Shown: positions 19,097 to 32,440 of the stretch, one piece after another | Layout of the letters: each line of letters opens with the position of its first letter | Numbering within the stretch: position 1 is the stretch's first letter | Assembly: GCA_965199755.1 (NCBI GenBank) | Contig: CBDASZ010000002.1 | Coordinates: 341,681 to 405,680 of the forward strand | Direction: 5' to 3' | DNA length: 64,000 bases | From: an uncultured candidatus Porisulfidus sp. | GTDB taxonomy: Bacteria > Pseudomonadota > Gammaproteobacteria > Poriferisulfidales > Poriferisulfidaceae | Translations under genes and position numbers: made by a program | Notes under the pieces: generated by a model | What the model was told of the DNA's origin: nothing | Databases searched by the model: none | The model's input: only the letters and a program-made list of their open reading frames with translations

Positions 19097-20399
19097 CAGC
19101 CCAGCTCTGCGCCCACCATGCGGCAGACTTCATCCGGCTCCACCGGAAGATCATCACTCAAAATCTCCGGGCCGGACTTGCGAATCGCCACATCATCCTC
19201 AATGCGCACACCGATGTTGCGAAAGCGCTTCGGTATGCCCTTCAGTTCCGGTGAGAAATAAAGCCCCGGTTCAATGGTTGTGACCATGCCGGGGCGAAAC
19301 GGCCGCGGCGTGTCACCGTGGAAATAATTGCCCACATCGTGCACATCCATACCCAGCCAATGAGACGTGTTGTGCATGAAAAACCGCGCGTATTCCTGAC
19401 GCTTCCACAAGGTCTGCCAGCGCCCCTTAAGCAGTCCCAGAGAGACCAGACCACGGGTCAGGATGCGGGTCGCCACTCGATGCGGCTCCCGGCAATCATT
19501 ACCGATTACGCAATTTTTGATGGCGGCGGTGCGCGCTTCCAGAACCAACTCATAAATCTCGCGCTGCGCCGGGGTGAACGCGCCGCTGACCGGCCAAGTG
19601 CGAGTCAGATCGCTGGCGTAGTCCTGATACATGCCACCGCTGTCAATGAGCACCAGATCGCCGTCTTCGATCTGGCGGGTGTTCTCGGTGTAATGCAGGA
19701 CGCACGCATTGGCACCTGAAGCGACAATATCCGAATACGCGAATTGCATATGATGTCTCAGGCGCTCATAGTTCAACTCTGCCTGCAATTCATATTCGTA
19801 GCAGCCCGGCTGCGCCCGCGCCATGGCGCGGCGGTGCGACTGTATGCAAATCTCGGTGGAGCGGCGCATCAGCGCCAGTTCTGAGCGGCTTTTGAACAGC
19901 CGCATCTCATGCAGCTTTCGCTCCAGATTGCGAATCGCGTGCGGCGAACTCACCCCCAGACGATTGGCCGCCGGGTCACTGTGACTCATCAGTCGGTCCA
20001 GCATCGGGTTCTTGCCGAGCGTATACCACACCGAATCCCTGCCTTCGATCAATTCCGGCACTTTCTCATGCAGCGTCTCGATCGGATAGGCCGCATCTGC
20101 GCCATAGTCCTCGCAGGCACCTTCCAGCCCCGCGCAATGCCCTTCCCAGCGCTCGGCCACCGGATCATGCGCAGCGCAAAACATCACAAACTCACCCTGC
20201 GGCGCGTTCGGCAGCAACACCACCACTGCGTCCGGCTCGCGAAAGCCGGTCAGATACAGAAAGTCGCTGTCCTGGCGAAACGGCAAAGAGACGTCTCTGC
20301 TGTGCGGCTGCTCTGATGCGGCCGGGATGACGACCGCGTCGTTCGCACCAATGGCGCGCATCAGTCGCGCGCGACGACGGGCGTATTCGGTGGACAAAA

Positions 20400-20403
<4 letters not shown>
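19096..20403 (-). CDS. pepP: Xaa-Pro aminopeptidase
   Basis: FRQDSDFLYLTGF.EPD, LHY, YASDLTRTWP, HWLGMDVHDVG, EPGLY, GVRIEDD. Confidence 0.96.
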
Positions 20404-22626
<2,223 letters not shown>

Positions 22627-22896
22627 TCAGTCAGCCGCCGGAGTCGGCGTTACAGAGACGTAAGTGCGCGCTTCGCGTCCACGCTTGCGGAACGCCACCT
22701 GTCCGTCCACACGGGCGTACAAGGTGTGATCGCGCCCCACGCCAACGAACGGGCCGGCCCGATAACGGGTGCCGCGCTGGCGTACCAGAATGGTGCCGGC
22801 GCTGACCTGCTGGCCGCCAAAGCGCTTCACGCCCAGACGTTTGGATTCGGAATCGCGACCGTTGCGGGAACTGCCGCCGGATTTCTTGTGTGCCAT
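22627..22896 (-). CDS. rpmA: 50S ribosomal protein L27
   Basis: [38 protein letters not shown]. Confidence 0.98.
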   Translation of the reverse strand: MAHKKSGGSSRNGRDSESKRLGVKRFGGQQVSAGTILVRQRGTRYRAGPFVGVGRDHTLYARVDGQVAFRKRGREARTYVSVTPTPAAD

Positions 22897-22903
22897 GATC
22901 GTA

Positions 22904-23215
22904 TCAGTGCTTGATGTCCTGAATCTGAACTTCGGTCCAGTGCTGTCGGTGTCCGGTGCGCGTCTTGGAATCCTTGCGCCGGCGAAACTTGACCACGTGA
23001 ATCTTCGGCGCACGGCCATGCGCGGTCACCTGCGCGGTCACCTGCGAGCCGTCCACCGTCGGCGTACCGATCTGCGTGTTGTCGCTCTCGGAAATCAGCA
23101 AAACGCGGTCAAAGGCGATTTCTTCGCCCGGCTCGTGCGGCAGGCGCTCCACACGAATGGTGTCGCCCGGTGCCACGCGGTACTGCTTGCCGCCCGTCTC
23201 AATGACTGCATACAT
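22904..23215 (-). CDS. rplU: 50S ribosomal protein L21
   Basis: [24 protein letters not shown]. Confidence 0.98.
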   Translation of the reverse strand: MYAVIETGGKQYRVAPGDTIRVERLPHEPGEEIAFDRVLLISESDNTQIGTPTVDGSQVTAQVTAHGRAPKIHVVKFRRRKDSKTRTGHRQHWTEVQIQDIKH

Positions 23216-23368
23216 GGTCAATCTCAGGATGAGGTCTGTTTGGGGCGCGCATTTTATCAGATAGCGGCAAACACGCGCACTTTTTGTCGTGCTGACAAAT
23301 CGAACCAAGATGATGCCGGCAGCCCCTTCCCATTAAAATGACCGCTCCTGCTTCTTCATCTTTTCCTC

Positions 23369-24844
23369 ATGGCAGATCGCGCAAGCCCTTCGCTGGCTGA
23401 GTTCAATCGGTTCTGCGCCGATGGCTGCACTCATGTACCTGTGACCCTGAGCCTGCCTGCCGGGACGCGCAGTGCGTCCGAGTTGTACGCGTTGTATGCC
23501 GAGCACGCCAGCAGTTATCTGCTGGAATCCGGAGAGACCGACTCGCCTGCCGGACGCTATTCGATCATTGGCCTGCCCGGTACCACCGAGTTGCTGTATC
23601 AGGATGGTATCTTCCGCATTCTCACCGACGGGGCTGAACAGCATCGTGAAGAGACGCCAGATCCTCTGCCGCATGTCGAAGCCTATCTGCGCGCGCTCAA
23701 GGTCGCCCCGCTTCCGCAACCACTGCGCTTCAGCGGCGGACTGGTCGGATACTTCGGATATGACCTGGTGCGCGCCATTGAACCAGTGTTGCGCGGACAC
23801 CGCCCCCCTGATCCGCTGGGTCTGCCGGAGTTGTGGCTGATGCTGTCGAGCGAACTGATTGTGCTCGACAACCATCGCCGCGAAATCATGCTCATCGTCA
23901 ACCAGTCCACGCAGGATCCCTCTCCTTATGAGACCGGCTGCCAGCGACTTGAGGAAATGTGCGTGCAAGTGCTGGAGACCCCGGAATTGCCTCCGCTACA
24001 GGAGACTGAATCCTCGGATACCGAGTTTGCCTCCGGTTTCGCGCAGGAGGGGTTTTGCGACGCCGTGCGCACGGCGCGCGGATACATCATTGCCGGCGAT
24101 TTGATGCAAGTGGTGCTGGCGCAGCGGCTCAGCCGGCCTTTCGCGGGCAGTCCGTTCAACCTGTATCGCGGCCTGCATGCGCTGAACCCCTCGCCGTATA
24201 TGTACTGCCTGAATTTCGGCCCCCTGCAGATTGTCGGCTCCAGCCCGGAAATTCTGGTGCGGCGCGAGCACGATGCGATCACCGTGCGCCCCATCGCCGG
24301 CACGCGCTGGCGCGGCGAAACCGAGCAGGAAGATCAGCGGCTTGAGGCCGAACTGCTGGCCGACCCCAAGGAACGCGCCGAGCACCTGATGCTGATTGAC
24401 CTCGGACGTAACGACATCGGGCGCGTGTGCCGCCCCGGCACGGTGCAGCTGACTGAAAACATGCTCATCGAGCGCTACTCCCATGTCATGCACATGGTCT
24501 CCAATGTCGAAGGCCGACTGCGCCCGGACACCTCCACTTTGGACGTGCTGCGCGCCACCTTCCCGGCCGGCACGGTCAGCGGCGCACCAAAAATCCGCGC
24601 GATGCAAATCATCGACGAACTTGAACCGGTCAGCCGCGGCGTCTACGCCGGTGCGGTGGGCTATTTCGGCTGGGACGGCAACTTGGATACCGCCATCGCC
24701 ATTCGCACGGCAATCGTCCACGATGGACACATTCATGTGCAGGCCGGAGCTGGTATCGTTTACGATTCTGTGCCGGAACGGGAGTGGCACGAAACCATGC
24801 ACAAGGCGCAAGCCCTGCTGCAGGTCGCCAATCGCTACCGCTAA
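23369..24844 (+). CDS. trpE: anthranilate synthase component I
   Basis: YLLES, GRYSIIG, NPSPYM, GSSPEIL, PIAGTR, KERAEHLMLIDLGRND, PAGTVSGAPK. Confidence 0.97.
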   Translation: MADRASPSLAEFNRFCADGCTHVPVTLSLPAGTRSASELYALYAEHASSYLLESGETDSPAGRYSIIGLPGTTELLYQDGIFRILTDGAEQHREETPDPLPHVEAYLRALKVAPLPQPLRFSGGLVGYFGYDLVRAIEPVLRGHRPPDPLGLPELWLMLSSELIVLDNHRREIMLIVNQSTQDPSPYETGCQRLEEMCVQVLETPELPPLQETESSDTEFASGFAQEGFCDAVRTARGYIIAGDLMQVVLAQRLSRPFAGSPFNLYRGLHALNPSPYMYCLNFGPLQIVGSSPEILVRREHDAITVRPIAGTRWRGETEQEDQRLEAELLADPKERAEHLMLIDLGRNDIGRVCRPGTVQLTENMLIERYSHVMHMVSNVEGRLRPDTSTLDVLRATFPAGTVSGAPKIRAMQIIDELEPVSRGVYAGAVGYFGWDGNLDTAIAIRTAIVHDGHIHVQAGAGIVYDSVPEREWHETMHKAQALLQVANRYR

Positions 24845-24856
24845 CAATATGCCGTC

Positions 24857-25429
24857 ATGCTGCTGATCATCGACAACTACGATTCCTTCACCTACAACCT
24901 GGTGCAGTACTTCGGCGAGCTCGGCGTCGACGTCAAGGTGGCGAGAAATGATCAGATCAGCATTGACGCGATCCACGCCATGGCTCCAAAATATCTGGTA
25001 ATCTCACCGGGACCCTGCACGCCCAACGAAGCCGGCATCTCAGTCGAGGCGGTGCGTGAGTTTGCCGGGCAGATTCCCCTGTTCGGGGTGTGTCTGGGTC
25101 ATCAGAGCATCGCGCAAGCGTATGGCGGCACCATCATCCGCGCCCAGCACATCATGCACGGCAAAACGTCCGAGATTCAGCATCAAGACGACGCACTGTT
25201 CTCAGGACTGCCGCAACCCATGGTCGCGACCCGCTATCATTCGCTGGTGGTACGGCGAGAGGATTTCCCTGCCGCACTCAATATCACCGCTTGGACCGAC
25301 GACGAGGATCAGGAAATTATGGGCCTACAGCACGAACACGAGCCAGTCTTCGGCGTGCAGTTTCACCCAGAGTCCATTCTCACTGAATGCGGCCACCAGT
25401 TGCTGCAAAACTTCCTCGACAGCGCATGA
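24857..25429 (+). CDS. trpG: anthranilate synthase component II (glutamine amidotransferase)
   Basis: [34 protein letters not shown]. Confidence 0.95.
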   Translation: MLLIIDNYDSFTYNLVQYFGELGVDVKVARNDQISIDAIHAMAPKYLVISPGPCTPNEAGISVEAVREFAGQIPLFGVCLGHQSIAQAYGGTIIRAQHIMHGKTSEIQHQDDALFSGLPQPMVATRYHSLVVRREDFPAALNITAWTDDEDQEIMGLQHEHEPVFGVQFHPESILTECGHQLLQNFLDSA

Positions 25430-26460
25430 CCCCGCAAGACGCCCTCACGCACGCACGCGCCGGAGACGATCTCGACGCCGCCCAAATGGAGGCTGTAATG
25501 CGCGCCATCATGGCCGGAGAAGTGGCACCGAAATTGCTCAAGGAATTGTTGCTTGCGTGGCGCGACAAAGGTGAGGCGGTTTCAGAGATCGTCGGTGCCG
25601 CACGCGCCATGCGCGCCGCTTCCATACACATTGAACTCACCGGAGAGCGTATTATCGACACCTGCGGAACCGGTGGCGATGGCTTGGGCGTATTCAATGT
25701 CTCAACTGCCGTCGCGATCGTGGCGGCCAGCGCCGGTGTGCGCGTCGCCAAGCATGGCAACCGCGCTGTCAGTTCCACCAGCGGCAGCGCCGATGTGCTG
25801 GCCGCGGCCGGCGTGGCTATTGATCTGCAGCCGGACTCGGTGCGTCAGTGCATTGAAGCCATTGATGTGGGATTTCTGTTCGCGCCTTCGCACCATCCGG
25901 CCATGCGCCATGCCGCCCCTGTACGCAAGGAAATTGGTACGCGCACCATATTCAACCTGCTCGGCCCACTGAGCAATCCGGCGGGTGCCACCCATCAGTT
26001 GATTGGCCTGTTCGACGCACAGTGGCTGACTCCCTACGCCGAGACGCTGCGTGAGCTGGGAGTCCAGCGCGCTCTGGTGGTGCATGCCCAAGACGGCATG
26101 GACGAAGTCTCATTGAATGCGCCGACTGATTATGTGTTGCTCGATCGCGGCTCGATTCACTCCGGCACGATTGATTCTGCGGATTACGGCCTCGAAGCGG
26201 TGAATATGGAAGCCCTGCAGGCGAACTCCGCAGAGCACAGCCTGCAGCGCATCACTGATGCCTTTGCGGGCAATGCGTCACCGGCCGCGGATCTGCTCTG
26301 TCTAAACGCCGCTGCCGCCTTGTATGTTGCTGAACACGCACAGGATATGGAAGACGGCATACGTCTTGTGCGCGAATTGCTGCACAGTGGTGCGGCCGCG
26401 GACAAATTCTCGGAACTAATCACCACCACCCAGCGCCTGCGCGCTGAAGAACCTGAGTGA
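25426..26460 (+). CDS. trpD: anthranilate phosphoribosyltransferase
   Basis: [40 protein letters not shown]. Confidence 0.97.
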   Translation: MTPQDALTHARAGDDLDAAQMEAVMRAIMAGEVAPKLLKELLLAWRDKGEAVSEIVGAARAMRAASIHIELTGERIIDTCGTGGDGLGVFNVSTAVAIVAASAGVRVAKHGNRAVSSTSGSADVLAAAGVAIDLQPDSVRQCIEAIDVGFLFAPSHHPAMRHAAPVRKEIGTRTIFNLLGPLSNPAGATHQLIGLFDAQWLTPYAETLRELGVQRALVVHAQDGMDEVSLNAPTDYVLLDRGSIHSGTIDSADYGLEAVNMEALQANSAEHSLQRITDAFAGNASPAADLLCLNAAAALYVAEHAQDMEDGIRLVRELLHSGAAADKFSELITTTQRLRAEEPE

Positions 26461-26492
26461 TTATCAGGAACAGGACGCAACTTTCCCTGTTT

Positions 26493-27244
26493 CTAACGCT
26501 CCCGCTTGCTCAAGAAATTAATCAACTCAGGCCAGTTCACATTGCCTGATTCGTCCAGAACACCCGCCTCACCCTGCATAAAGCGCACAATATCGTCAAC
26601 GGTCTCCTGCTTGGCTTGCTGCAGACCGTTTTCCGAGTGCTTCCCGACCACATCCATAATGGCCTGGTATGTCCCGGACCAGTTCGAGATCTCTTCCCAA
26701 AAGGTCGCCCCACAAACCCTTACATGAGTTCCCAGTTCTTCCCAGCCATCTACTCCGTAACTGATGCCTTCAATACAACGCACGTGCATCTCTCGATCCT
26801 GCTCTCGCAGTCTTTTGGTTGCCGCCGCAAATAATTTTCTTAACTGCGCCTTTTGAGAGAAATTCCCCCAACTTATGCCGGACTTCACCTGCACAAGCAC
26901 ATGTTCCTTGCCAGATGCCACATATTCCAGGTCGATGCCCTCGGCGCTGGATTTCCAACCCTGTCTTCCATATCTGCACACGATTAGTGCGCACTCTCCA
27001 AAAAGATTGCCGAATCGGGTTCCTCGCTTGCGGTAAACCAGGCATCCACGATCCTTTGAGCGTAACCATCGCCTTTGGTTGCTGCTCTGATTCGCATTAA
27101 GAACGGGTTGGCCCGATCCAATACCAGTTGAGGCTTCTCGCCCTGCTCAATAAGTTTCTCGCGCAAGCCCGAAGAAAATTTCTGCATGGCGCGATCAATC
27201 TCCGCTTCAGCAGCAGGCCACCAATCAGGTCTGCCCGATTTCAT
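26493..27244 (-). pseudogene. PmeII-like type II restriction endonuclease, frameshifted near 27020
   Basis: NPFL..IVDAWFTASEE, then in another frame RFGNLF..GWKSSAEGIDLEY..VKSGISWGNFSQ..GISYG..CGATFWEEIS. Adding one base at GAG-GAA-CCC restores SEE(T)RFG. Confidence 0.75.
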
Positions 27245-28179
27245 TCGGATAGCCTGTTGCGCATTAACTCACAGTATTTTTCCGAAGTGTCTATGCCAAT
27301 GCTATGGCGCCCTAGTTCCTGGGCTGCGACAAGAGTTGTCCCTAATCCTGCGAAAGGATCCAGTACTACATCCTCGGGATCAGTAAATAATTTGATAAAC
27401 CAGGATGGTAGTTGCTTCGGGAAGGTCGCCGGATGCCCCTTGAAGCCGCATTCCGTCGCCAAGTGCAGCACGTTGGTCGGGTAAACGCTGTCACGACCGA
27501 CCCAGTTGGCGATGCGTTTCCCAAAACCATTCTCATGTCTGGACAAATCCCGTACCTTATCTGTATCAGACAGGTTCTGCAACCGGCTTTCCGCCCAATC
27601 CCCAACTGGCTCCTTCACTGCTTCCTGTCGCATCTTGAAGTCTTTCTCCAAAGCGAAATGCAGTAACCTCTCCCAGCTGTCTCTAAACCGGTTTGGCCAT
27701 TTCCCCGGATAGCAATTTCTCTTGTGCCACATGTACTCATCGACCCAGCGCCATCCCTGCACGCGCATGGCCATAATGAGTTCAAGAACATAGGTGTGTC
27801 GCTCACCATTGACTACTTTCTCTTTGATGTTCAGCACAAAGGAGCCTTTCGGATTCAGTACTTTGCGGACGGCCTCCGCTCTGGGCATGAACCACTCCAC
27901 ATACTGATCCGGATGGATTCCTCCATAATTGCTTTTGCGCTGGTCCGCGTATGGCGGCGAGGTGATCACCAAATCCACGCTTTGGGGCGCAACGCATTTC
28001 TCGGTGCCTAGCACCTCAAGACAATCACCTTGATGCACGTCAGCCCAAACCGCAGCATTGCTGGGCTCAATAATGCCGGGAAAGATGGACTGTTGAGGCG
28101 TATTCTTGGGTCCCGAAGCGCGCAGTGGCGGCTGCTTCACTGCTGTGTGCCGAACTGCCGTCTGGTTGGCCTGTGCCAT
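27241..28179 (-). CDS. beta-class N4-cytosine DNA methyltransferase
   Basis: VDLVITSPPY, GSFVLNI, HPATFP, VLDPFAGLGTT. Its stop overlaps the ATG of the endonuclease. Confidence 0.93.
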   Translation of the reverse strand: MAQANQTAVRHTAVKQPPLRASGPKNTPQQSIFPGIIEPSNAAVWADVHQGDCLEVLGTEKCVAPQSVDLVITSPPYADQRKSNYGGIHPDQYVEWFMPRAEAVRKVLNPKGSFVLNIKEKVVNGERHTYVLELIMAMRVQGWRWVDEYMWHKRNCYPGKWPNRFRDSWERLLHFALEKDFKMRQEAVKEPVGDWAESRLQNLSDTDKVRDLSRHENGFGKRIANWVGRDSVYPTNVLHLATECGFKGHPATFPKQLPSWFIKLFTDPEDVVLDPFAGLGTTLVAAQELGRHSIGIDTSEKYCELMRNRLSE

Positions 28180-28381
28180 TATTCAGTTCCCTCAAAAGCC
28201 AATGCTGATTCTACTCTAAATCGGTTTTGTATAATTTTTCCCTGCAAATAAAGGGCTACAGAACAGACTGCTAAAAATTCGTCTTGAAAAGTAGTAAAAA
28301 ACTAGCGTATTCCACAGCAAGCCAACATAGATTCTCGTAATGCTTTCATTCAGGCGCAACTAATAATGGCACAATTAGTTG

Positions 28382-29173
28382 ATGAATATATTGAATGAAA
28401 TTCTGGCGCACAAGCGCCAAGAGGTCGACAAACGCAAAGCGCGTATTTCCGAGTCGGCATTTCGGGAAATGGCAGCTGAAAACCCGCCGCCCGGCGGCTT
28501 TCGGGACGCCCTGCTCACCACCATCAGCCAGCAGCGCCCAGCCATCATCGCCGAACTCAAGCGCGCCTCACCGAGTCGCGGCATTATTCGCGAGGATTTT
28601 CAGCCCACCGAGATTGCCGCCAACTACCAGCGCGGCGGTGCCAGCGCCTTGTCGGTACTCACAGATTCCCATTATTTCAAAGGCTCTGGCGTGATTCTGG
28701 AGTTTGCCCGACGTGGCTCCAGTCTGCCCATTCTGCGCAAGGATTTCATTATCGATCCTTATCAGATCTATGAGAGCTGCGCCATGGGTGCGGCCGCGAT
28801 CCTGCTGATCGCCGCGGCACTGGATGATGATACGCTGCGCGAATTGCGCGACTTGGCACGCAGTCAAGGTCTGGATGTTCTGGTCGAAGTGCATGATGCG
28901 GAAGAACTCGCAAGAGCAAAGGCAATTGATGCCGACATGATCGGCATCAACAACCGCGACATGAAAACCTTTGAAGTCAGCCTGGACACCACTCTCACTC
29001 TGGCCGAACAGATTTCAGAAGATTGTGTGGCCATATCGGAAAGCGGCATCTGCACCGCGGATGACATCGCAACTATCCGCGCCGCCGGCATTCATGCGTT
29101 TTTGGTTGGGGAATCGCTGATGCGCTCGGAAGATCCAGGCGCACAACTGGCGGAACTGCTGGAGGGGTCGTGA
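28382..29173 (+). CDS. trpC: indole-3-glycerol phosphate synthase
   Basis: IIAELKRASPSRG, LSVLTD, LRKDFIIDPYQ, GINNRD, SESGI, LVGESLM. Confidence 0.97.
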   Translation: MNILNEILAHKRQEVDKRKARISESAFREMAAENPPPGGFRDALLTTISQQRPAIIAELKRASPSRGIIREDFQPTEIAANYQRGGASALSVLTDSHYFKGSGVILEFARRGSSLPILRKDFIIDPYQIYESCAMGAAAILLIAAALDDDTLRELRDLARSQGLDVLVEVHDAEELARAKAIDADMIGINNRDMKTFEVSLDTTLTLAEQISEDCVAISESGICTADDIATIRAAGIHAFLVGESLMRSEDPGAQLAELLEGS

Positions 29174-29586
29174 AAGCACGGGTCTACTGGCAGGAACGCC
29201 GCACCTTTATTGGCGAATCCGGGAGCGGACACACTGTAGTCATGGACGGCTCACCGGAACATGGCGGCCGCGACCTGGCAGCCCGTCCGATGGAAATGCT
29301 GCTGCTCGGCATGGGTGGCTGCAGCGCCTTCGATGTGGTCAATATGCTGGAGCGGGCGCGCCAGCCGCTGACACAATTGGAACTGGAGATTGAAGCGGAG
29401 CGCGCTGAAGAAATCCCGCAAGTCTTCACACGCATCCACATCCGTTTCCGCGCCCATGGACCGGGACTGTCAGAAGCTCAGGTGCGCAACGCAGTGGAGT
29501 TGTCACTGACGAAATACTGTTCCGCCTCGCAAATGCTGGGACACACGGCTGAAATCACGCACGATCTGGAAGTCGAGACCGACTGA
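29170..29586 (+). CDS. OsmC/YhfA-family protein
   Basis: SGSGHTVVMDG, RPMEMLLLGMGGCSAFDV, LSLTKYCSAS. Confidence 0.9.
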   Translation: MKARVYWQERRTFIGESGSGHTVVMDGSPEHGGRDLAARPMEMLLLGMGGCSAFDVVNMLERARQPLTQLELEIEAERAEEIPQVFTRIHIRFRAHGPGLSEAQVRNAVELSLTKYCSASQMLGHTAEITHDLEVETD

Positions 29587-30890
29587 TGGGCGCGCCGCCC
29601 GAATGGGTCGCCTGGGACGCCCGCCATGTGTGGCACCCGTACGCTGCCATTCCTGAATCTCCCGCGCCGCTTCCGGTGATTGACACCGCCGGCGTGCGAC
29701 TGCATCTGGCGAATGGGCGAGAACTGGTCGATGCCATGGCCTCATGGTGGTGCGTTATCCATGGCTATCGTCACCCGCATCTAGTCCGCGCCCTGCAGGA
29801 ACAGACCGACACCGTGCCGCATGTGATGTTCGGCGGCCTCACGCATGAACCAGCCGTACAACTGGCGCAGCAACTCGCGCAACAGATCGGTGATGAAACC
29901 GCACGGGTGTTTTTCTGCGATTCCGGCTCCGTGGCCATCGAAGTGGCACTGAAAATGGCCTTGCAGTACTGGCAGGCGCGCGGAGAGCCTGCGCGCTGTC
30001 GATTCCTCGCACTGCGGGGCGGCTATCATGGCGATACTTTCGCAGCCATGTCTGTCAGCGACCCTGACAACAGTCTGCACGAGCACTTTCGCGCGCTGGT
30101 GCCGCCACAGCATTTCAGCGCGAAACCTCCCGCGGCCGGCTGTGATGATGAAGTACTGAATGCCGCTTACAATCGCTTTGAGAATGATTTGCGCAAGCAT
30201 CGCAGTGAGTTGGCGGCTGTGGTTCTGGAGCCGATATTGCAAGGGGCCGGCGGATTCCACGTCTACGACGCGCGGTTTCTGCGCACAGTGGCGGAACTAT
30301 GTAAGCAGCATGACGTCTTACTGATTGCTGATGAAATTGCCACCGGCTTCGGTCGCACTGGAGAAATGTTCGCCTGCATGCACGCCGATGTGCGCCCGGA
30401 TCTCATGTGCATCGGCAAGGCGCTCAGCGGAGGCACGTTGAGTCTCGCTGCCACCATCGCCCGCGGAGACATCGCCGAGGTCATCAGCCACGCAGGCATA
30501 TTCCCGCATGGCCCTACTTTTATGGCCAACCCTGCGGCCTGCCGGGTCGCTCTTGCCAGTCTGGAATTGCTCCAGTCACGTGATTGGCGCGCGGAAGTCA
30601 CCGCTATTGAGACGCTTCTGATGCAAGAACTCATGCCCCTGCAGTCCGAATCTGGAGTAGCTTCGGTTCGCGTACTGGGCGCATTTGGAGTCGTCGAGAT
30701 GAATGAGACGGTCGATGTCGCTGTCTGGCAACAGCATGCGATTGATCACGGGGTTTGGATTCGTCCGTTTCAGCGCTACGTCTACGTCATGCCGCCATTT
30801 GTTATCCAGGCATCGGAACTGAGGCAAGTCACCGACATGATCCGCAGCGGCGTCGACGCACTGCAAGCGCATCCCGAAGTCGGGGCCTGA
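29586..30890 (+). CDS. bioA: adenosylmethionine-8-amino-7-oxononanoate aminotransferase
   Basis: WHPY, SWWCVIHGY, HVMFGG, GYHGDT, ADEIATGFGRTG, GKALSGG, HGPTFMANP. Confidence 0.96.
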   Translation: MGAPPEWVAWDARHVWHPYAAIPESPAPLPVIDTAGVRLHLANGRELVDAMASWWCVIHGYRHPHLVRALQEQTDTVPHVMFGGLTHEPAVQLAQQLAQQIGDETARVFFCDSGSVAIEVALKMALQYWQARGEPARCRFLALRGGYHGDTFAAMSVSDPDNSLHEHFRALVPPQHFSAKPPAAGCDDEVLNAAYNRFENDLRKHRSELAAVVLEPILQGAGGFHVYDARFLRTVAELCKQHDVLLIADEIATGFGRTGEMFACMHADVRPDLMCIGKALSGGTLSLAATIARGDIAEVISHAGIFPHGPTFMANPAACRVALASLELLQSRDWRAEVTAIETLLMQELMPLQSESGVASVRVLGAFGVVEMNETVDVAVWQQHAIDHGVWIRPFQRYVYVMPPFVIQASELRQVTDMIRSGVDALQAHPEVGA

Positions 30891-30928
30891 TAAAGACTAG
30901 AGAAAATACCCGCAGAGTGCAGGAGGGC

Positions 30929-31792
30929 TTAGGTTGGAATCAGATTCTGGCGCAATTTCTTCATGGCGGCCGCTTCGATCTGTCGAATGCGTTCCGCCGA
31001 CACACCAAATTCTTCGGCCAATTCCTGCAAGGTACGTTTCGGTTCCACAAACCAGCGTTCCTTGAGAATCATCTGACTGCGTTCATCCAAATCCGCCATG
31101 GCCTGGTGCAACTGTTCGCTGCGTGCTCTTTTTGAGTCTTCCACTTCTGCGATGGGGGCCGGGTCAGCACCGGGCTGCGCCAGATAAGTGGCCGGCGAGC
31201 GGGGACCCTCCTCGTCGTTCGCATTGAGATCCAGTGACATATCCGGCTGGCTAAGTCTTGATTCCATCTCGCGCACTTCACCCGCGGTTACTCCCAAGTC
31301 ATCCGCAACGGCGCGCACCTCAGCATCGTCCATCCAGCCCAATCGCTTGCGGGCCTTTCGCAAATTGAAGAACAGTTTGCGCTGCGCCTTGGTGGTGGCC
31401 ATGCGCACAATGCGCCAGTTGCGCAGAACATACTCGTGAATTTCAGAACGAATCCAGTGCACCGCAAAGGACACCAGACGCACCCCTAAAGAAGGATCAA
31501 AGCGCTTCACGGCCTTCATCAAACCAATGCTGCCTTCCTGCACCAGATCAGCCAGCGGCAGACCATAACCGGAATAGCCGCGCGCCACGTGAATGACAAA
31601 ACGGAGATTGCGCAGCACCAGTTCCCGGGCCGCCTCCACATCATCTTCTTCACGCAATGCTATCGCCAGCGCACGCTCTTCTTCGGCGCTCAATACCGGC
31701 AGACTGTAGGCCAAACGCATATAGTGATCCAAACTGCCGGCAGCAATCGGCAGATTCTGTGCGTTTGTCGTGGCGCTTATTGCCATTGTCAT
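30929..31792 (-). CDS. rpoH: RNA polymerase sigma factor RpoH (sigma32)
   Basis: DLVQEGSIGLMKAVKRFDP, VHWIRSEIHEY, RpoH box QRKLFFNLR, GVSAERIRQIE. Confidence 0.97.
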   Translation of the reverse strand: MTMAISATTNAQNLPIAAGSLDHYMRLAYSLPVLSAEEERALAIALREEDDVEAARELVLRNLRFVIHVARGYSGYGLPLADLVQEGSIGLMKAVKRFDPSLGVRLVSFAVHWIRSEIHEYVLRNWRIVRMATTKAQRKLFFNLRKARKRLGWMDDAEVRAVADDLGVTAGEVREMESRLSQPDMSLDLNANDEEGPRSPATYLAQPGADPAPIAEVEDSKRARSEQLHQAMADLDERSQMILKERWFVEPKRTLQELAEEFGVSAERIRQIEAAAMKKLRQNLIPT

Positions 31793-31941
31793 AGTCTCAA
31801 TATGGTACCTCTTGTGCCAAAAATCAAGGGGTGAGCCTGTTTTCGACGCTTCTATTTTAATATTCCTGATAAATTTAGTCAAGTATCTCGTCTTTCTCGC
31901 TATTTCGCACTGAACAGTAAAGCCCCTTACAATAATCCAAT

Positions 31942-32440
31942 ATGGGAAAAGATGAGCTAAAGGAGCGAGGGATTTGGCAGGATGCTGGTGGCGCGAAGGC
32001 CGCCAGCGCCTAACGTTCTTTCCTAGAAGTATTTGAAAGTGCTTTTGACAGCACTTCATTCGAGATTGTGTCCAAGCCTAAAGAATTTCGACAGATTTAT
32101 GTTGATGTGCCTCTTTCTGGTGAAACACTTTCAGAAATTTTCACTCCAGATGAACCCATCAAGACGCATGGCATAGCACCTGACTACAAAATTACAAATT
32201 CTGAAACAGGAAAAACTCTTTACGTCGAAGTCAAAAGACAAGACGGTTGGGTTGAGGGGAAGTCAAGACGTGCTGGGAGAGGAAACGCTCACGAAAGATG
32301 TTGTAAATATTTCACTCCTGGGTTGTTAAAAATCCTGCGAGAGACCAGTGGGATAAAAGAACCCGCCTTGCCTTTTTGGGCCGTCTTTCAGGGCGATATC
32401 ACGCGAGACCCATGCCGGGCCAGAGAGATTACTTGCTGGT
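31942..32440 (+). pseudogene. MunI-like type II restriction endonuclease with an in-frame stop at 32011-32013 and a lost C-terminus
   Basis: MGKDELKERGIWQDAGGAKAASA*RSF..KPKE..EIFTP..GIAPDY..EVKRQDGWVEGK..GRGNAHERCCKYFTPGLL..FQGDITRDP.RAREITCW closely follows R.MunI as recalled. Similarity ends at ITCW. Confidence 0.85.

Noticed and set aside
23220-23368. trp leader peptide/attenuator upstream of trpE
   Set aside because: No short ORF with tandem Trp codons and no terminator/antiterminator pair visible.
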